Notes under the pieces: model-generated
Seen by the model: the letters and a program-made list of their open reading frames with translations, nothing else
What the model was told of the DNA's origin: nothing
Databases searched by the model: none
Shown here: in pieces, positions 1 through 12,845 of the stretch
How the letters are laid out: every line of letters starts with the position of its first letter
Position numbering within the stretch: the first letter of the stretch is position 1
Translations under genes and position numbers: made by a program
Assembly (NCBI GenBank): GCA_024137785.1
Contig: JAHRHZ010000016.1
Coordinates: 33,879,339-33,943,338 of the forward strand
DNA: 64,000 nucleotides
Source of the DNA: Ginglymostoma cirratum
Lineage: Eukaryota
Reading direction: 5' to 3'

Positions 1-481
1 CTTAAAAATAGTGATGAATTTTACATTGTTATTTACCTGTCCATGCTTGATCATACATCCTACAAAGTTACTAGATCCAGTCCTTTCTTTGATCTCTGCA
101 GGAGCAGCTGAGATCAGTTGACCTTGCTAGGTTAAGTTGACCAGGTTAGGGAGAGGAAAATAGTTTATCAGTCTTGATCATCCTTCACCAGCTCCTAATG
201 GAGTCTGCAAACGTCAGGTGAAGTTTGGGCCTGTGACATCTGTAATGGTGGACAGTCAGCCGGTCACAGTCAGTGTCTCTGTCAACAAAGCATGGCTAGT
301 TGGAGGACTGTTTCATGCTTTGAAACTGTCTCACAGAAAATTGTGACGCCCTCAGGAAAATTGAAGAAATTGAAGAATGATTTTCATGGATGATCGATAG
401 AACAAAAACATCAAATGTGTTTGCAGTTTAGATATGCACCAAGAGCGCAATATACTGACAGATTCCTTTTTGTCTTTTCAG

Positions 482-590
482 GTACCACTCCTTCCTTTCC
501 TACCTATTGTCAGTATGTTTATAAATGTTTACCTGATGGTGATGTTGGATTTGGGCACCTGGATCCGGTTTGGAATTTGGATGTTCATAG
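482..590 (+). CDS. SLC7A3: Cationic amino acid transporter (CAT/SLC7A1-3 family), penultimate coding exon; probably SLC7A3
   Basis: Polypyrimidine tract + AG at 480-481, GTAAAT donor at 591. Translates [36 protein letters not shown](G), the CAT C-terminal TM region. Family is secure; paralogue is inferred from the neighbouring CHORD/melusin-like gene. Confidence 0.8.
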
Positions 591-1875
591 GTAAATATAC
601 ATCTACAATTTTGTGCCTGCCCTAAAATAAAACTGGTAATTGTACACTTAACACCTCAATTAAAATAGTGGTTAAATACAAAAAGCAGAGAATACAAGTC
701 TCCCTGCTGCCACTCGGCGCAATCAGTTCGGTCTTGAATAATGTGCCTTATTGTACCTCTTGATAAAACTTGTGTTCAAATCTCCAAGTTTATCGAGCAG
801 AACTCCATAATACTTTTTCATACTTGCACCTCTATGCATCATTGTTGAGGTCTAATCCACTTCTTACTTGCAATTCACCCAGAACAAAAGATAAATCATT
901 GTGGACTATTTGATCACCCCTGAAGTCGAGGTTAAAATTCACCTTCAGTCTTTTCCAATTCAACTGTACTAATTTGATTTCAAAGACCAGAAATTCTTCA
1001 ATTAATTTATATTATTTTAGTTAAAATTGGATTTACTTCACAATAGTTGTCCATGCATAGTTGAATAACTTGGTCAAGTGGCCTCAGGTTGCACACCATT
1101 TTTCAACTAGCTGTTTGGTTTGATTGGATGCTTTTAGTGATGGTCAGCAATCATACCCAGACTTTTGCTTTTATGATCATGATTACATAATGAATTTATA
1201 ACATTTCACTTTAATTTATATATTGCCACTGAAACAGCAAATTAAGTAGGGCTGGGGAATGTGTAAATTCAGATTGGGGACAGGATGCTAGAAGTACTGA
1301 TGCACATCAATGATTCCAAACAAACGTTATACTTTCAATCTCCCCTGGACTCCATTGACTTCCAACATCACTGTGGCATCAGCATTGGTGCCGTGAACCT
1401 CAAATGTAAAGCAGTCACCTGCTTCCTAAAGATGGGTAACATTTCTGTGCTTGCTCTTAATTATGATGATGAGGGATAGAAATTCACCATAGCTCCTATC
1501 TTAAACCCGCTATTCCTATGGGGAAAGGGAAAATATTATTTACCCCTTGTTCTTCGGTGTATCTTCCTGTTGCTGTAAAGTGTTGCGGGATGTTTTATCG
1601 GAATATCAGGAGTACAATATACATACAAGATGTTTGTGACATTGAGGTTCTGGTAAGATGATTTATGTTGCTGATGTGTTTTATCTGTAGATAGAATTTT
1701 TTAAATAAATATCAACTAGATTTGCATGAAGCACATGTCCTTTAAAAATATATTTTCATGCTTTATAATTATTTGGTATTTCTCCATTAAAATTCTGTAT
1801 TTTGACATCTCCATCTGAGAAAGCGTCTGTAAAATTTGTACTGTGAAATTACATTTATCTTTTAATTTTCCCTAG

Positions 1876-2036
1876 GTTTTGTCATCTACTTTGGTTATGG
1901 AATGCGGAACAGCTCTGAGAACCAGCGATCCTCTTTCACTCCTGTAGACTCGGATAGTCAAGAAAAAATGGATAAAATGCTTGACTGCAACATTTTACTC
2001 CCTACAGAAAAAATGAAGGAAATATCAACAGCATAA
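1876..2036 (+). CDS. SLC7A3: CAT/SLC7A transporter, last coding exon
   Basis: ttttccctAG acceptor at 1874-1875, phase 1 matching the previous exon. Gives (G)FVIYFGYGMRNSSENQRSSFTPVDSDSQEKMDKMLDCNILLPTEKMKEISTA, stop TAA 2034-2036. GFxIYFGYG is the conserved CAT motif. Confidence 0.8.
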
Positions 2037-4043
2037 AAGAGAAAATATTGAAAGGAGTGATCCCTAGTTACATTGACATTTATATATCCTTGCTAATTGC
2101 ATTTATTACTTTTTTTTTGTAATAGAATGTTAGAAGTTGAGATGACATATTTTGCCTTTTTTATATTCCATTGTTGCCCACTTAACATAACATATTTGAG
2201 GAGTTATGCGATCCACCCAAGGTGAGGGATCACAGGAAGTTTTATTCCCACTGACAACTCATTAGTAATAAAAATGCTACTTGACTTCTGTTGGTACTGC
2301 TTGACATCATGACTACCAGTCTATTGTGAACAAGCTCTCATTCTGTCTACACAAATTGAATTTTAAAATGTCAAACTATCAATAAACATTCTCACTGTTT
2401 TGCGAAAGTTCAAGACCCGCGTGAGCAAGTTAACATTGCTATTTATGTTCATTGGATCTGGTAACGTTACATCAACTTTACAATAAAATAGGGGAGAATG
2501 GGTTTCGTAATGTCAATGGATTGTTAAGTAGAACAGTGTCATCTCAACCCATTTAACTGTTTATTTCCTTGAATTATAAGTTCAAGCCTTTCACTGTTTG
2601 CATAGAAGAGGATTCATTGTTATTTATTGGCTCTGTATTTTATTATGTAATTAAACAGGCATTGATGTATTTCAGTTAAATCATTAATATAGAGAATTCA
2701 CAGCTATTTTACAGTAATGTAAAATGTGTGTCTTTGTGAAACAAAGTTGTTGATTGATAAAATATTCACTGCCAGGCTTATATGTTGATAGACTGTTGAT
2801 ATTCTCTCCGCTGTACTATAGTAATAGTAAAAAGCATGAAGAGCGGTGATGAAAATGTCTTGTCAGTTTGTAGTTGTAATGATGATCTAGGCCTGCTCCA
2901 CGTGGTTATTTCTTATTTCCCCTTTTTTATTGTTTAGAGTGCAGAGACACCAGCTTAGTTGTATATATTTTTATGTAAATATTCTGTATTTTATAAATAC
3001 TGTCTTTCATTATACAGCTAAAAACGTGGTTGGGGTGGAGGGCAGTTGGTTTTCTTTAAGAAAGCACTTGAACTTGCTACCAGCATGTGAAACTGCCGTT
3101 GCAAATTAGCTGTCTGTAATAGAAAGTGCCTAATTTTCATTTCCACTTGTCGTTGAAACTGAGAATTAGGAGTTTTCTTAATAAGCAGCTAATCTCTAAT
3201 ATCAGTTTGAGACCTGGATAGCAAACTGAAAATTTAACCCAGTGTGTCCATGAAACTCTGGAAGATTTACAGTTGTAACGGGTGTTACAGATGACAAAAT
3301 TGTGGACCAAATAAATGGGTAAAATAATTTTCATGTTAGCTGAATTAACATAGTATTAGACCTATAGTGAAAGGGACTATGTTCATTCAGAGTTCATGTT
3401 GGACAACATTTCACAACAAACTCAGTGTGAAATCTTGTCCCGCAATCTTCATTTTAAAATTGTTCTTTGCCTGTCTCAGTCCAATTGATTTCATTCATCT
3501 ACTTTTTTTGGGGGTAATTATACTTCCTTGGCATTGCTTTGAATGTGGATCATTATTTGAACATTTTAATGCATTTTTTAAATGACAGAGAACATAAATT
3601 GATTTGAAAAGTTAACATTGCTAACTCTGAAAGTCAAATGGTAATAACTTCCTCTTAATTCACCCTTCACTAAAGTGGATGTAAATAGGAAGGTGTATCT
3701 AATACTATTTGTGAAACTGCATCGTGACCAATGAAAGGAAAATATTGTCAAATGACAATTTTATTCCTTTGGAGTATTTACATATCAAGTTGTGTCTTCC
3801 ATAATGAAATTTTCAGTTATTTTCTCATAAAATTTAAACGATGGTAAACTGAATTGTTTTTATTAGTTTGAGGGAATAATAGTCAACATTCAGATTTTTC
3901 TCTGAATAGTACTGATAAAAATGAAAGAAAATGCCTGTAAATATTCCATGCTCTGCTACGTGTCTCTGTGTATAAAACTATATTATTTGTCAATCAACGT
4001 TCACCTTGTACATATGTATTTTTGGAGTAAATTGTTTTGAACC

Positions 4044-4049
4044 AATAAA
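4044..4049 (+). terminator. Probable distal polyadenylation signal of the SLC7A gene (about 2 kb AT-rich 3'UTR)
   Basis: AATAAA preceded by TGTA elements (4007, 4015) and followed by T-rich sequence; repeat-like sequence starts soon after. Proximal AATAAA also at 2267, 2381 and 2482. Confidence 0.55.
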
Positions 4050-4289
4050 AATATTAATAATTGATTCTTTAATCTATGAATTTCTTTCTTAAATGACCTA
4101 TTTATGCATTCTGCTTAATTTTTGTGCATCCCCAGCTTATTTTAAAGAACATTGTATATGTGCAGAACATTCTACTTCAAAAAATAGCTTAATACCCTAA
4201 CTCCAAGGAAATGATGGTAAGCTAAAGAGCAAAACAGCCACTTTTACAATGAAAAGCATTAAACAGAATCATCCCAGTCCCTGAGTGAT

Positions 4290-5990
4290 GTGGGCATTGA
4301 AGCAAAAGTTGGGAAAGTCGGGTGGGATCAGCAGTGATGATATTCTTGACATCAAGAGCAGAATGTTCCATTCTGCAACAAAGGGCAGTACTCTACTAGG
4401 CTTTGAGCAATGTAGGCTATGGTGAGATGAGCAGTAGCATTTGGTGAGATGGCCATCTCGACATCAAAATCATCTTGCCACAACTTCCCTACTTTGGTCA
4501 AGCAGCATGAGGATATTCTTGCCAGGGAGCAGCAAGTAGCCAATTGACTTGTTCTTGGTCATTCAGCAATTTGCTAATGGTGAAACATGCTACATACTGT
4601 AATCTTACCAAACTCACTATAGGAACACTCAACATGGAAACTAGAGCAGGTTCTTAGGGGGTTCAACTTGCTGCTTGCTCCAAAAACCAATCCCCCATAT
4701 TGGATACAAGGCACCTCCATTTCAGGACATGTTCCACAGGCACCAGCCACATACACCTCAAATCCACTGACTCTGGCATCTGACGTGCTAGCCTCTTAAT
4801 CCACAATGCAAATCTTCAGTCCAGTTCCAGGATGTTTCTGCACCACAATGGTTCACCTCCAGGCCAGCAATCCCTATCATTCAAATGCTGTGGCAAGAAC
4901 ATTGTGAAACAAACTTAGGTCATGTGCTAGACCAGGCCTCATTTCTGGGCTGAACGCTAACTCATAGCACTCACTCTCTCAGTCTACCTAGATGCTCACA
5001 ATATCCGTGCCTTTTTGTGCTTTGCCTCCTCAGCCTGAATAGTTGGCTCATATAGCATGGCAAGACTGTAGCAATTTCACACTGCCACAAATCCAGAAAG
5101 TTTGCCACAGTAGTCAGCAGACCTCAGTCCAGTCGAGGAAGATAATCTCATGGGTTCCAGGCACAGTAAATCAAACATAGCCTGCGATACCAGTCCAGAC
5201 CCTGCTCAGGGCAGTTAGATTCAGAATCCTCATCTCATAAGGGCTAAGGAGATGAATAATGTGGATCACACTACTTGATTTGACTCTTTCTGCCTTCGTG
5301 TGGGCTGTTTTGTTTCTGGAATGAGAGAAAGAGGTATTATGTGAGATAAGTGGATGGCACAGCTATTAATGTTGGTACAAATGGGAAGATTTCCTGAGCA
5401 AGTGAGTAGGCTACACCGAGGGCATGCAGGTTTTGTGGTACTGCAGTATGGGCTGGGTGAAGTTGGGTGCAGAAGATGTTGCAGCCAATAACGAGTGGTA
5501 CAGCATGTGCCTAGGTGGGAGGCAGATGCAATAGCAGAGGTAGAATGAGAGTTATTGGAGAAAGTGGTGGCACACTGGCAGAGTGGTGAAAGACATTCCT
5601 CCAGACAGGTTGTACTGCTTCAACACTGGCTGGTGTGTGCCGATTTGGTGGTCTCCACTGTTGGTTCACAGGGAAGAGAAGTTCCTACCTATACATCACC
5701 TCATCCAGCAGGATATCCAGAACCACACCCTCAAAGCAGGACACGGATTTCCCCAGTCTGGATTGTTGGTGCTTGTTCATGTTCACGATGACCTTTTAAA
5801 TAGGGTGGTGGTGCCTCAGAGGCTGGACAATTCTGGGATCTTCATTGAAAACTTGAGTTACCATGGGAGTAACACACGGTAAAATGGGGCAAACCCTATT
5901 AGAGAAAACCCACAGCCTTATAGGGAGATTTACTCCATCAAACTTGATGCAATTCGCACTTAGCCAAAAAAAGGTAAGATTCCATCACAA
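4290..5990 (-). mobile_element. Possible old PIF/Harbinger-type DNA transposon remnant
   Basis: Minus strand near 5745-5640 reads VSCFEGVVLDILLDEVMYR*ELLFPVNQQWRPP, resembling the Myb/SANT-like protein of Harbingers; a weak LKWRCL transposase-like patch lies near 4710. Boundaries are approximate. Confidence 0.3.
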
Positions 5991-6057
5991 GTGCTAAAAT
6001 CTCACTGTTGAGTAGCAACAGGCCTATTTGCATACATCTCACTATTAGCTAATGTCA

Positions 6058-6593
6058 GAGATAGTAGAAACTGTAGATGCTGGAGAATCCGAGATAACAA
6101 AGTGTAGAGCTGGATGAACACAGCAGGCCAAGCAGCATCAGAGAAGCANNNNNNNNNNNNNNNNNNNNNNNNNNNNNNNNNNNNNNNNNNNNNNNNNNNN
6201 NNNNNNNNNNNNNNNNNNNNNNNNNNNNNNNNNNNNNNNNNNNNNNNNNNNNNNNNNNNNNNNNNNNNNNNNNNNNNNNNNNNNNNNNNNNNNNNNNNNN
6301 NNNNNNNNNNNNNNNNNNNNNNNNNNNNNNNNNNNNNNNNNNNNNNNNNNNNNNNNNNNNNNNNNNNNNNNNNNNNNNNNNNNNNNNNNNNNNNNNNNNN
6401 NNNNNNNNNNNNNNNNNNNNNNNNNNNNNNNNNNNNNNNNNNNNNNNNNNNNNNNNNNNNNNNNNNNNNNNNNNNNNNNNNNNNNNNNNNNNNNNNNNNN
6501 NNNNNNNNNNNNNNNNNNNNNNNNNNNNNNNNNNNNNNNNNNNNNNNNCTGCTTGGCCTGCTGTGTTCATCCAGCTCTACACCTCATTATATC
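6058..6593. mobile_element. Penelope-derived fold-back mini-element spanning the assembly gap (6149-6548)
   Basis: Left arm gtgtagagctggatgaacacagcaggccaagcag is the reverse complement of the right arm ctgcttggcctgctgtgttcatccagctctacac. Direct repeat agctaatgtca at 6047-6057 and 6594-6604 (TSD). Confidence 0.8.
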
Positions 6594-6919
6594 AGCTAAT
6601 GTCACCTCATTTATATGTACTTTTATATTCTCCCACCCACTAGATAGAAAACAATTGGTGACAATTACCCACTTGAACGTCAAGAGTGGTTACCTGGTGA
6701 TTCCAGCTAATAACTGTTCCTCCAACCATCCATCTTGGACATCCATCACCAACATCTCTTGGCATGCCCCTTGGGCAGCAGCCATTCACACATTTGAATT
6801 GATACACACCGCCCTTCCAGTACCCTTGTGGCACATCTCTGATGTACTTAGCAGATGGTTCTGCATTTAAAGTCTGCACCTTACAATGTAAATCTTCAGA
6901 ATGTTGCTGCCACTATACT

Positions 6920-7160
6920 TTGTGTACAGTGACAGGCAGATTTAAGAACAGCTTCTTCCCCAGTGTTATCAGACTTATGTATGAACCTCTCATATTAAAA
7001 TGGACCTTTCTCTGCACCTTCTCTGTAGCTGTAACAATATATTCTACATTGTGTTCCAATACCCCAATGTACTTACGTAAGGTATGATTTGACTAGTTAG
7101 CAGAAAATACAATACTTTTCATTGTCTCAGTACATATGAAAATAACAAGTCAAGTCAAAT
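6920..7160 (+). mobile_element. LINE 3' end (Rex1/Babar-like)
   Basis: ORF end TGRFKNSFFPSVIRLM is typical of the C-terminus of this LINE group; followed by a 3'UTR and a short (caagt)n-like tail. Confidence 0.5.
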
Positions 7161-7796
7161 CTCGTGGCTTAGACCAGGATGCATCTTAAGACTCCTTACT
7201 TCACACTCACTTTATCTCAACTTCAATACTAATAGCAACACAGCCTCACCTTTTTATGCTTTGCCCTCTCTGCTGGAGTTTAAAGTCCCTCACCATGTTT
7301 CAAATCAAGTAACACTTACAATTTCCTCCTGTATTTGCACAAACTAGTTTGTGCTACATTCATCAAAATAAAGATCCCCATGTCAAATATCCATGCAGAG
7401 TCATCAAATGGCCCTCCTTTCAGAGTCTTCCATATCCCACTGCATGGAGGACTATGCTAAACCTTCACATTACTAAGGACCCATTTCTTTCTCTATATTC
7501 CTGATACAGATTCATTAGAACAATGACCTAATGATCCAGTTACAATCTCTCAGGCTACAGTGCAACAAAGGCACAGAGACTGAGGAACATCAGATGCAAG
7601 AGCAATCTCAAGACCAGCAGCAACCTCAACCAGCTGTTGGATAGCTTCCATTAAAGAAGTCACCGCTGAATCTTCTAGCAAGGAAATGTTCAACTGACAT
7701 GGAAATACCACCGATATTCAACTAGATATAAGAAAATATCTGGAAAAATATTTGTAATTCAGACACTTATGTTACAGTTGTTCAAACTGAACACCT

Positions 7797-7802
7797 TTTA
7801 TT
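7797..7802 (-). terminator. SNRNP35 polyadenylation signal
   Basis: TTTATT on + (AATAAA on -), about 700 nt downstream of the SNRNP35 stop, with a TGTA element just upstream on the minus strand. Confidence 0.6.
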
Positions 7803-8506
7803 CAAATTTGACAATGTACAAAATTATAAAGTTTGTTCTCCACGAAACAAAATAAACATATTGAGTACGAAGTTATTAATGTGCTGTTTCAGTGAGAATT
7901 GCTAGTGCTGATGGAAGATAAAAAGATGAATTTCTACACAATGATTCATCAAATTAATATACAACTTAGTACTGAATGACATAGACAAGATCCACATTCC
8001 TGATCGGTACTAATAGTATACCTGTAACAGTTGAATTGTCACAATTAATCGCTGTTCTCTTGTGCTGGGTGCTAGAGCTTAGATATAGTTCCTGCTTTTG
8101 ATCACTATTAGTGACCCATGCTAGACTGTTAACCATTTGTGGATGCTAGGTGAGGACAGACCATCTGAACACTCTCTAGAGTCCTTCAAGAACAGACAAT
8201 CAAGAGAAGACCTAGAGGGTGGCTGGTACCCCAGGAGCGAATCAGAAGGCAGAAAACTGTTGAGAAAAACTAACATCACATTTGTTTTTATTTGAAAGAG
8301 CAAACCTTCACAGAACCAAAACAATCTTTGCTCTCAAATAACATAACAGTTTATCAGCAAGTTGTGAATATTATATATACACCACTGATGCTGACAAGGT
8401 ACTTCATATTTCAGTTGTACCATAAAAGTAATCGAAGACTTCAGTGGAACAGAGCCTAAAAAGATACTTCTACTTTCATTAGGAAGGTAAACCCCTAGTA
8501 CAGCTT

Positions 8507-9292
8507 CTATCGTCGAGTTTTATGCCTGTTTCTCCGTTGGTGTTTATCTTCCTCTGTATGTCGACCTTCATCTCTTTGTCGTTTATGATCTCTTTCCCTA
8601 CTTCTGTATCGCACTCTATCTCCATCACGCTTTTGTCCTTCCTCACCTCTCTGCTCTCTTTCCCTTCGCCTTTCCCAGTCTCGACTTCTCTCCCACTGCC
8701 GACTCTCCCTCAACAGTTCTCTGGAACTTGACCTATCTAGTTTGTCAGCTTGCCCCTCTGTGTATAGTTCTGCCTTCAATGCTGGGAGACTGATAGGTTT
8801 CCTAAATGGACGATCTCGTCCACCAAACCGTAGCTGGCCAGATTCTTTTTTACCGCCTAATCCCCCTCCCAGTCTCCTTGGGACCCATCCTTTCAAAGAG
8901 CGTTCTAATTCAAAATCCACAAATATTTCATTCTGGTCTACCACTAATTTATTGCTGTCACGATGTGCTTTTAATAATGAACGTTCATCCTTATATTCAA
9001 TGAAAGCATAGCATTTGGAAAAGCCAGTGACAATGTCACGCACAAGTCTCAGTCTGCGGACATCCCCAAATCGGGAAAAAGTGTCTTTTAACTTCTCCTC
9101 AGATGTTTGGGGATTTAGCCTGGCGACAAAGAGTGTCAGGTGAGGGTCTCCTAGTACTCCTTTGTTTGGTCTGTACTTGGCTGCAATTGCCCTTGACACA
9201 GCTCGGTCGTGGGGTTCCTCATCAGTGCCATCAATACTTCCAGCTTTCAATGGGTTGTACTGCTTCGCAATAGGAGTCCAAACTTCATTCAT
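8507..9292 (-). CDS. SNRNP35: U11/U12 snRNP 35 kDa protein (minor spliceosome), 261 aa, single coding exon
   Basis: MNEVWTPIAKQYNPLKAGSIDGTD, RRM (TLFVARL...YAFIEY), GWVPRRLGGGLGGKKESGQLRFGGRDRPFRKP and an R/E/D-rich tail. True ATG at 9292-9290, four nt after an acceptor (gtgtttcAG|aacaATG); the ORF-track start at 9337 is intronic. Confidence 0.96.
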   Translation of the reverse strand: MNEVWTPIAKQYNPLKAGSIDGTDEEPHDRAVSRAIAAKYRPNKGVLGDPHLTLFVARLNPQTSEEKLKDTFSRFGDVRRLRLVRDIVTGFSKCYAFIEYKDERSLLKAHRDSNKLVVDQNEIFVDFELERSLKGWVPRRLGGGLGGKKESGQLRFGGRDRPFRKPISLPALKAELYTEGQADKLDRSSSRELLRESRQWERSRDWERRREREQRGEEGQKRDGDRVRYRSRERDHKRQRDEGRHTEEDKHQRRNRHKTRR

Positions 9293-9904
9293 TGTTCTGA
9301 AACACAACCAGTTGTGAATTATACCATGAGAAGGCAAGATTTCTTTTATGTGCTTCCTTCATCACAAATTAAGGCTGTTAACAGTGTCACCCTCAATCAT
9401 AGCTTTGTACTTATGATCCAGGTCTGAGAAATCTGGTCCGAATAGAAGGAGCAAAACAGCATCATGCTGATACATTAACTGCTTACTGTATTAACCAGTT
9501 CACATATCTGAACCTTGATTCAAGTGTGCATTTTAAATGTCACAGCTGAGGCCAATATTTTTCTCATGAGACCAACATACTGTCCAGCCAGGACAGTCAC
9601 TGCAATAAACAATGAGCAGGAATGTTGGCCTTTTTTTCCACTTCTCCAACTCAAGGGCAATGGTCAGTTGCAGCATCCACTGAAACTGGATCAAAGTTCG
9701 AAACTGAGACATTCTTGTTATCAGCAATTCAGTTTATTGACGGCATTGAGGATCAGTTTGAAATTACTGTTTTCCATTGATTGCCGTGTTTGGAGGGGCT
9801 GCTTTTATGATTTGCTTTCAATTCACAATGCGTTGCTGCATATATCATTTGCTAAAATAATTGAATGTGTCTGAGGTAGCACATAACAAATGGCACAACC
9901 TACA

Positions 9905-11662
9905 GACCTATCTATGGATGTAGAACTGTACAGGGAAATAATGTGATAAACTTCAACAAGGTTCTGTGTGGTAGACTAATTAGTAAAGTTAGGTCACACG
10001 GGATTCAGGGTGAGCTTGCCAATTGGATACATAATTTGCTTAATAGCAGGAGACAGAGGGTGGTGGTGGAGGGTTGCTTTTCTGAAGAACAGACTGAAGG
10101 CCTGTCACCAGTGGTGTTCTACAGGGATTGGTTCTGGGTCCTCTTTTATTTGTCATTTATGTAAATTATTTGGATGAGAAAATAGAAGGCATGGTTGGTA
10201 AGTTTGCAGATGACACCAAAATTAATGGCATAGTAGACAGTGAAGAAGGTTTTCTAAGATTGCAAAGGGCTCTTGATCAAGTGGGTCAATAAGCTGAAAA
10301 ATGGCAGATGGAGTTCAATCTGAATAAATACGACGTATTGCATTTTGGTGCAACAAACAAAGGTTAGGGTTTATACAATTCAGGGTAGTGCCTTGGGTGG
10401 TGTTGTAGAACAGAGGGACCTAGGGGTTCAGGTACATAATTCTTTGAAGTTTGCATCACATATAGAGAGGGTGGTTAAAAAGGCACTTGGCAGGCTTGCC
10501 TTCTGTGCTCAGGCCTTTGAATAGAGGAGTTGGGAAATCATTTTGAGGTTGTACAGGACACTGGTGAGGCCTCTTCTGGAATACTGTGTCCAGTTCTGGT
10601 CGCCCAGTTATAGGAAGGACATTATTCAAGCTGAAGATGGCTCAAAGAACAAAGAAAATTACAGTACAGGAACAGGCCCTTTGGCCCTCCAAGCCTGCAC
10701 CGACATGCTGCCCATCAGAACTAAAACCCCCTATCCTTCCAGGGACCATATCCTTCTATTCTCATCCTGCTCATATTTGTCAAGACGCCCTTTAAAAGTC
10801 ACTATAGTATCTGCTTCCACTACCGCCTCCGGCAGCGAGTTCCAGGCATCCACCACCCTCTGTAAAAAACTTGGCTTGCACATCACCTTTAAACCTTGCC
10901 CCTCGCACCTTAAACCCTGCCCCTCGCACCTTAAACCCATGGCCCCTGGTAACTGACTCTTCCACCCTGGGAGAAAAGCTTCTGACTGTCCACGCCCTTC
11001 ATAATCTTGTAGACCTCTATAAGGTCACCCCTCAACCTTTGTCGTTCCAGTGAGAACAAGCTAAGTTTCTCAAACTTCTCCTCATAGCTAATACTCTCCA
11101 TACTAGGCAACATCCTGATAAATCTTTTCTGTACCCTCTCCAAAGCCACTACATCCTTCTGGAAGTGTGGCAACCAGAATTGAACACAATGTTCCAAATC
11201 AGAAGTTCAGAAGAAATTTACCAGGTTGTCGTCAGGTATGGAAGGTTTGAGTTATAAAAAGAAAGGCTGGGACTTTTTTTGACCGGCGTGTTGAGAGGTG
11301 ACTTGATTAGAAGTTTATAAAATAAAGAGGAGTATAGATAGAGTTAATAGTAGTCGTCTTCTCCCTAGGATGGGGGTTTTCAAGACTAGGGGCACATTTT
11401 TGAGGAATGTCATTTAAAAAAAAGACATGGTGGCAATTTTTTTTTAAATACAGAGGATGGTTTGCATGTGGAATGAACTACCTGAGGAAACGGTGGATGT
11501 GGGTACAATGACAGCAAAGATGTTTGGACAAGTAGATGAATAGAAAAGGTTTGGAGGGATATGGGCCAGGAGCAGGCAGGTGGGACTAGCTTAGTTTGGG
11601 AACATAGTTGGCATGGACTTGTTAGACCGAAGGGTCTGTTTCTGTGCTGTATGACTATGACT
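9905..11662 (+). mobile_element. CR1-type LINE 3' portion (decayed RT + 3'UTR) in the SNRNP35 intron
   Basis: RT motifs KFADDTK (aagtttgcagatgacaccaaa near 10201) and [19 protein letters not shown]; ends in a (tatgac)n tail near 11650. Confidence 0.85.
10644..11199 (-). mobile_element. Second CR1-type 3' fragment nested in reverse orientation
   Basis: Minus ORFs MEHCVQFWLPHFQKDVVALERVQKRF and [17 protein letters not shown]; tail aaagaacaaagaa on +. Host reading resumes at gttcagaagaaattt. Contains a 21-bp tandem duplication at 10891-10932. Confidence 0.8.
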
Positions 11663-12678
11663 GAAAAATAAGGTCAGATTTTTAATTCTTTTTGTGCCCA
11701 GATTTGTAGCTAATTTCTGATTAATCTTCATTACCGTAAACTTATTGATACCTGGCATTAGATGGCACTGCAGCTCAAATGACAGCAATATTCACACACA
11801 TCCAGCTCCAAAACATTGTGAATTCAGAATCCAATGGATAAAGCTCTCACAGTTGCCTCCATTTTTCAAAACTACAAGCAATTAGTTAAAAAAAATTCCT
11901 GTAGAAATTTAAGACTCAGTAGCACCACATTAAGGATCTTGAATGTTTTGCAATGCAACATTATTTCATCCTAACAAGGATCTTTCTTGCTAACTCCTGT
12001 TTTCTCCTTTTTCTACACCATTATCTTGAAGGTGCAGACACATGCAGGAATCTATATCCACAGGCATAAAACATCATTTAACGGACATCTGACTTCTATT
12101 AGACTCCCTCGACTTGGAGTGTTAGCACACAGTAAGCATCACAACTAAGCTTGATAAACAGAAGTACAACTTCCAGCTGAAACCAACTAAGTGACTGATA
12201 ATCCTGGATAATTTCCCACTTCCTAAACTCCTCCGTTAAGACCAATTGTAACGTCACCGTTCAGATCAGCGAACTCCGCTTAAAGACTGATTCGGTATTG
12301 CAAGAAATATAAAAGACTGCGTGTGATTGATGTTAAAATAAAAACAAAGTGCTGGGGAAAAAAAACCTCCAAGTCTGGAGAGAGAAAGAGAGTTAACGTT
12401 TCGGGTCGAGCATCACTTCTTCAAGAAGTAACTGCAATAACTGTTTCTCTTCACTCGCTTGGGAGTGATCCCACCAGACCGAACAGTGGAGGAAATACAG
12501 TGGAGTCGAGGCACGATTCCGGCTCCAGTCACCGGGCCGAGGCCGAACCTAAATGTTTCGAGGAAAGGGGCAAGCTGTGGGTGAATCCGTTCCCATTGAG
12601 GAGGCAACGGAGAGGAAATTCTGCATTAAAATCCGAGACCCTCACAACAAATTCAATAAATCAAACTGAGAAACCGAC

Positions 12679-12845
12679 CTGCCCTTCCCCACCACATTAG
12701 TGAAACAATACTTTATCTCTCCACCGCAGAAAATATCCGACTTCCCAACCCCGGTGTCTCCGAGCACTAGCTGTTTCCGGTCCGTCTGGTTTAGTGCTCC
12801 GGCCTGTTCAAGTTCCAGGTGGCTGCAAATGGAAGTTCCGACTTT
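12679..12845 (-). promoter_or_regulatory. Probable SNRNP35 non-coding first exon and CpG-rich promoter
   Basis: Local CpG enrichment at 12480-12840, ETS-like sites (ttccgg 12775-12780; ggaagttccg 12831-12840), and a minus-strand donor CAG|GTCGGT with the exon ending at 12679. Confidence 0.5.

Noticed and set aside
2037-4070. miR-122 sites as in mammalian SLC7A1
   Set aside because: I did not see ACACTCC/CACTCCA seeds by eye, so no claim is made.
6055-6599. 171-aa and 161-aa ORFs (also 44512-44991)
   Set aside because: Open only because they read through N gaps; the flanks are repeat arms.
8522-9011. Plus-strand ORFs antisense to SNRNP35
   Set aside because: Shadow frames of a purine-rich coding sequence; no independent support.
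9293-9337. N-terminal extension of the SNRNP35 ORF (MPSHGIIHNWLCFRT)
   Set aside because: Lies almost entirely upstream of a clear splice acceptor; homology starts at MNEVW.
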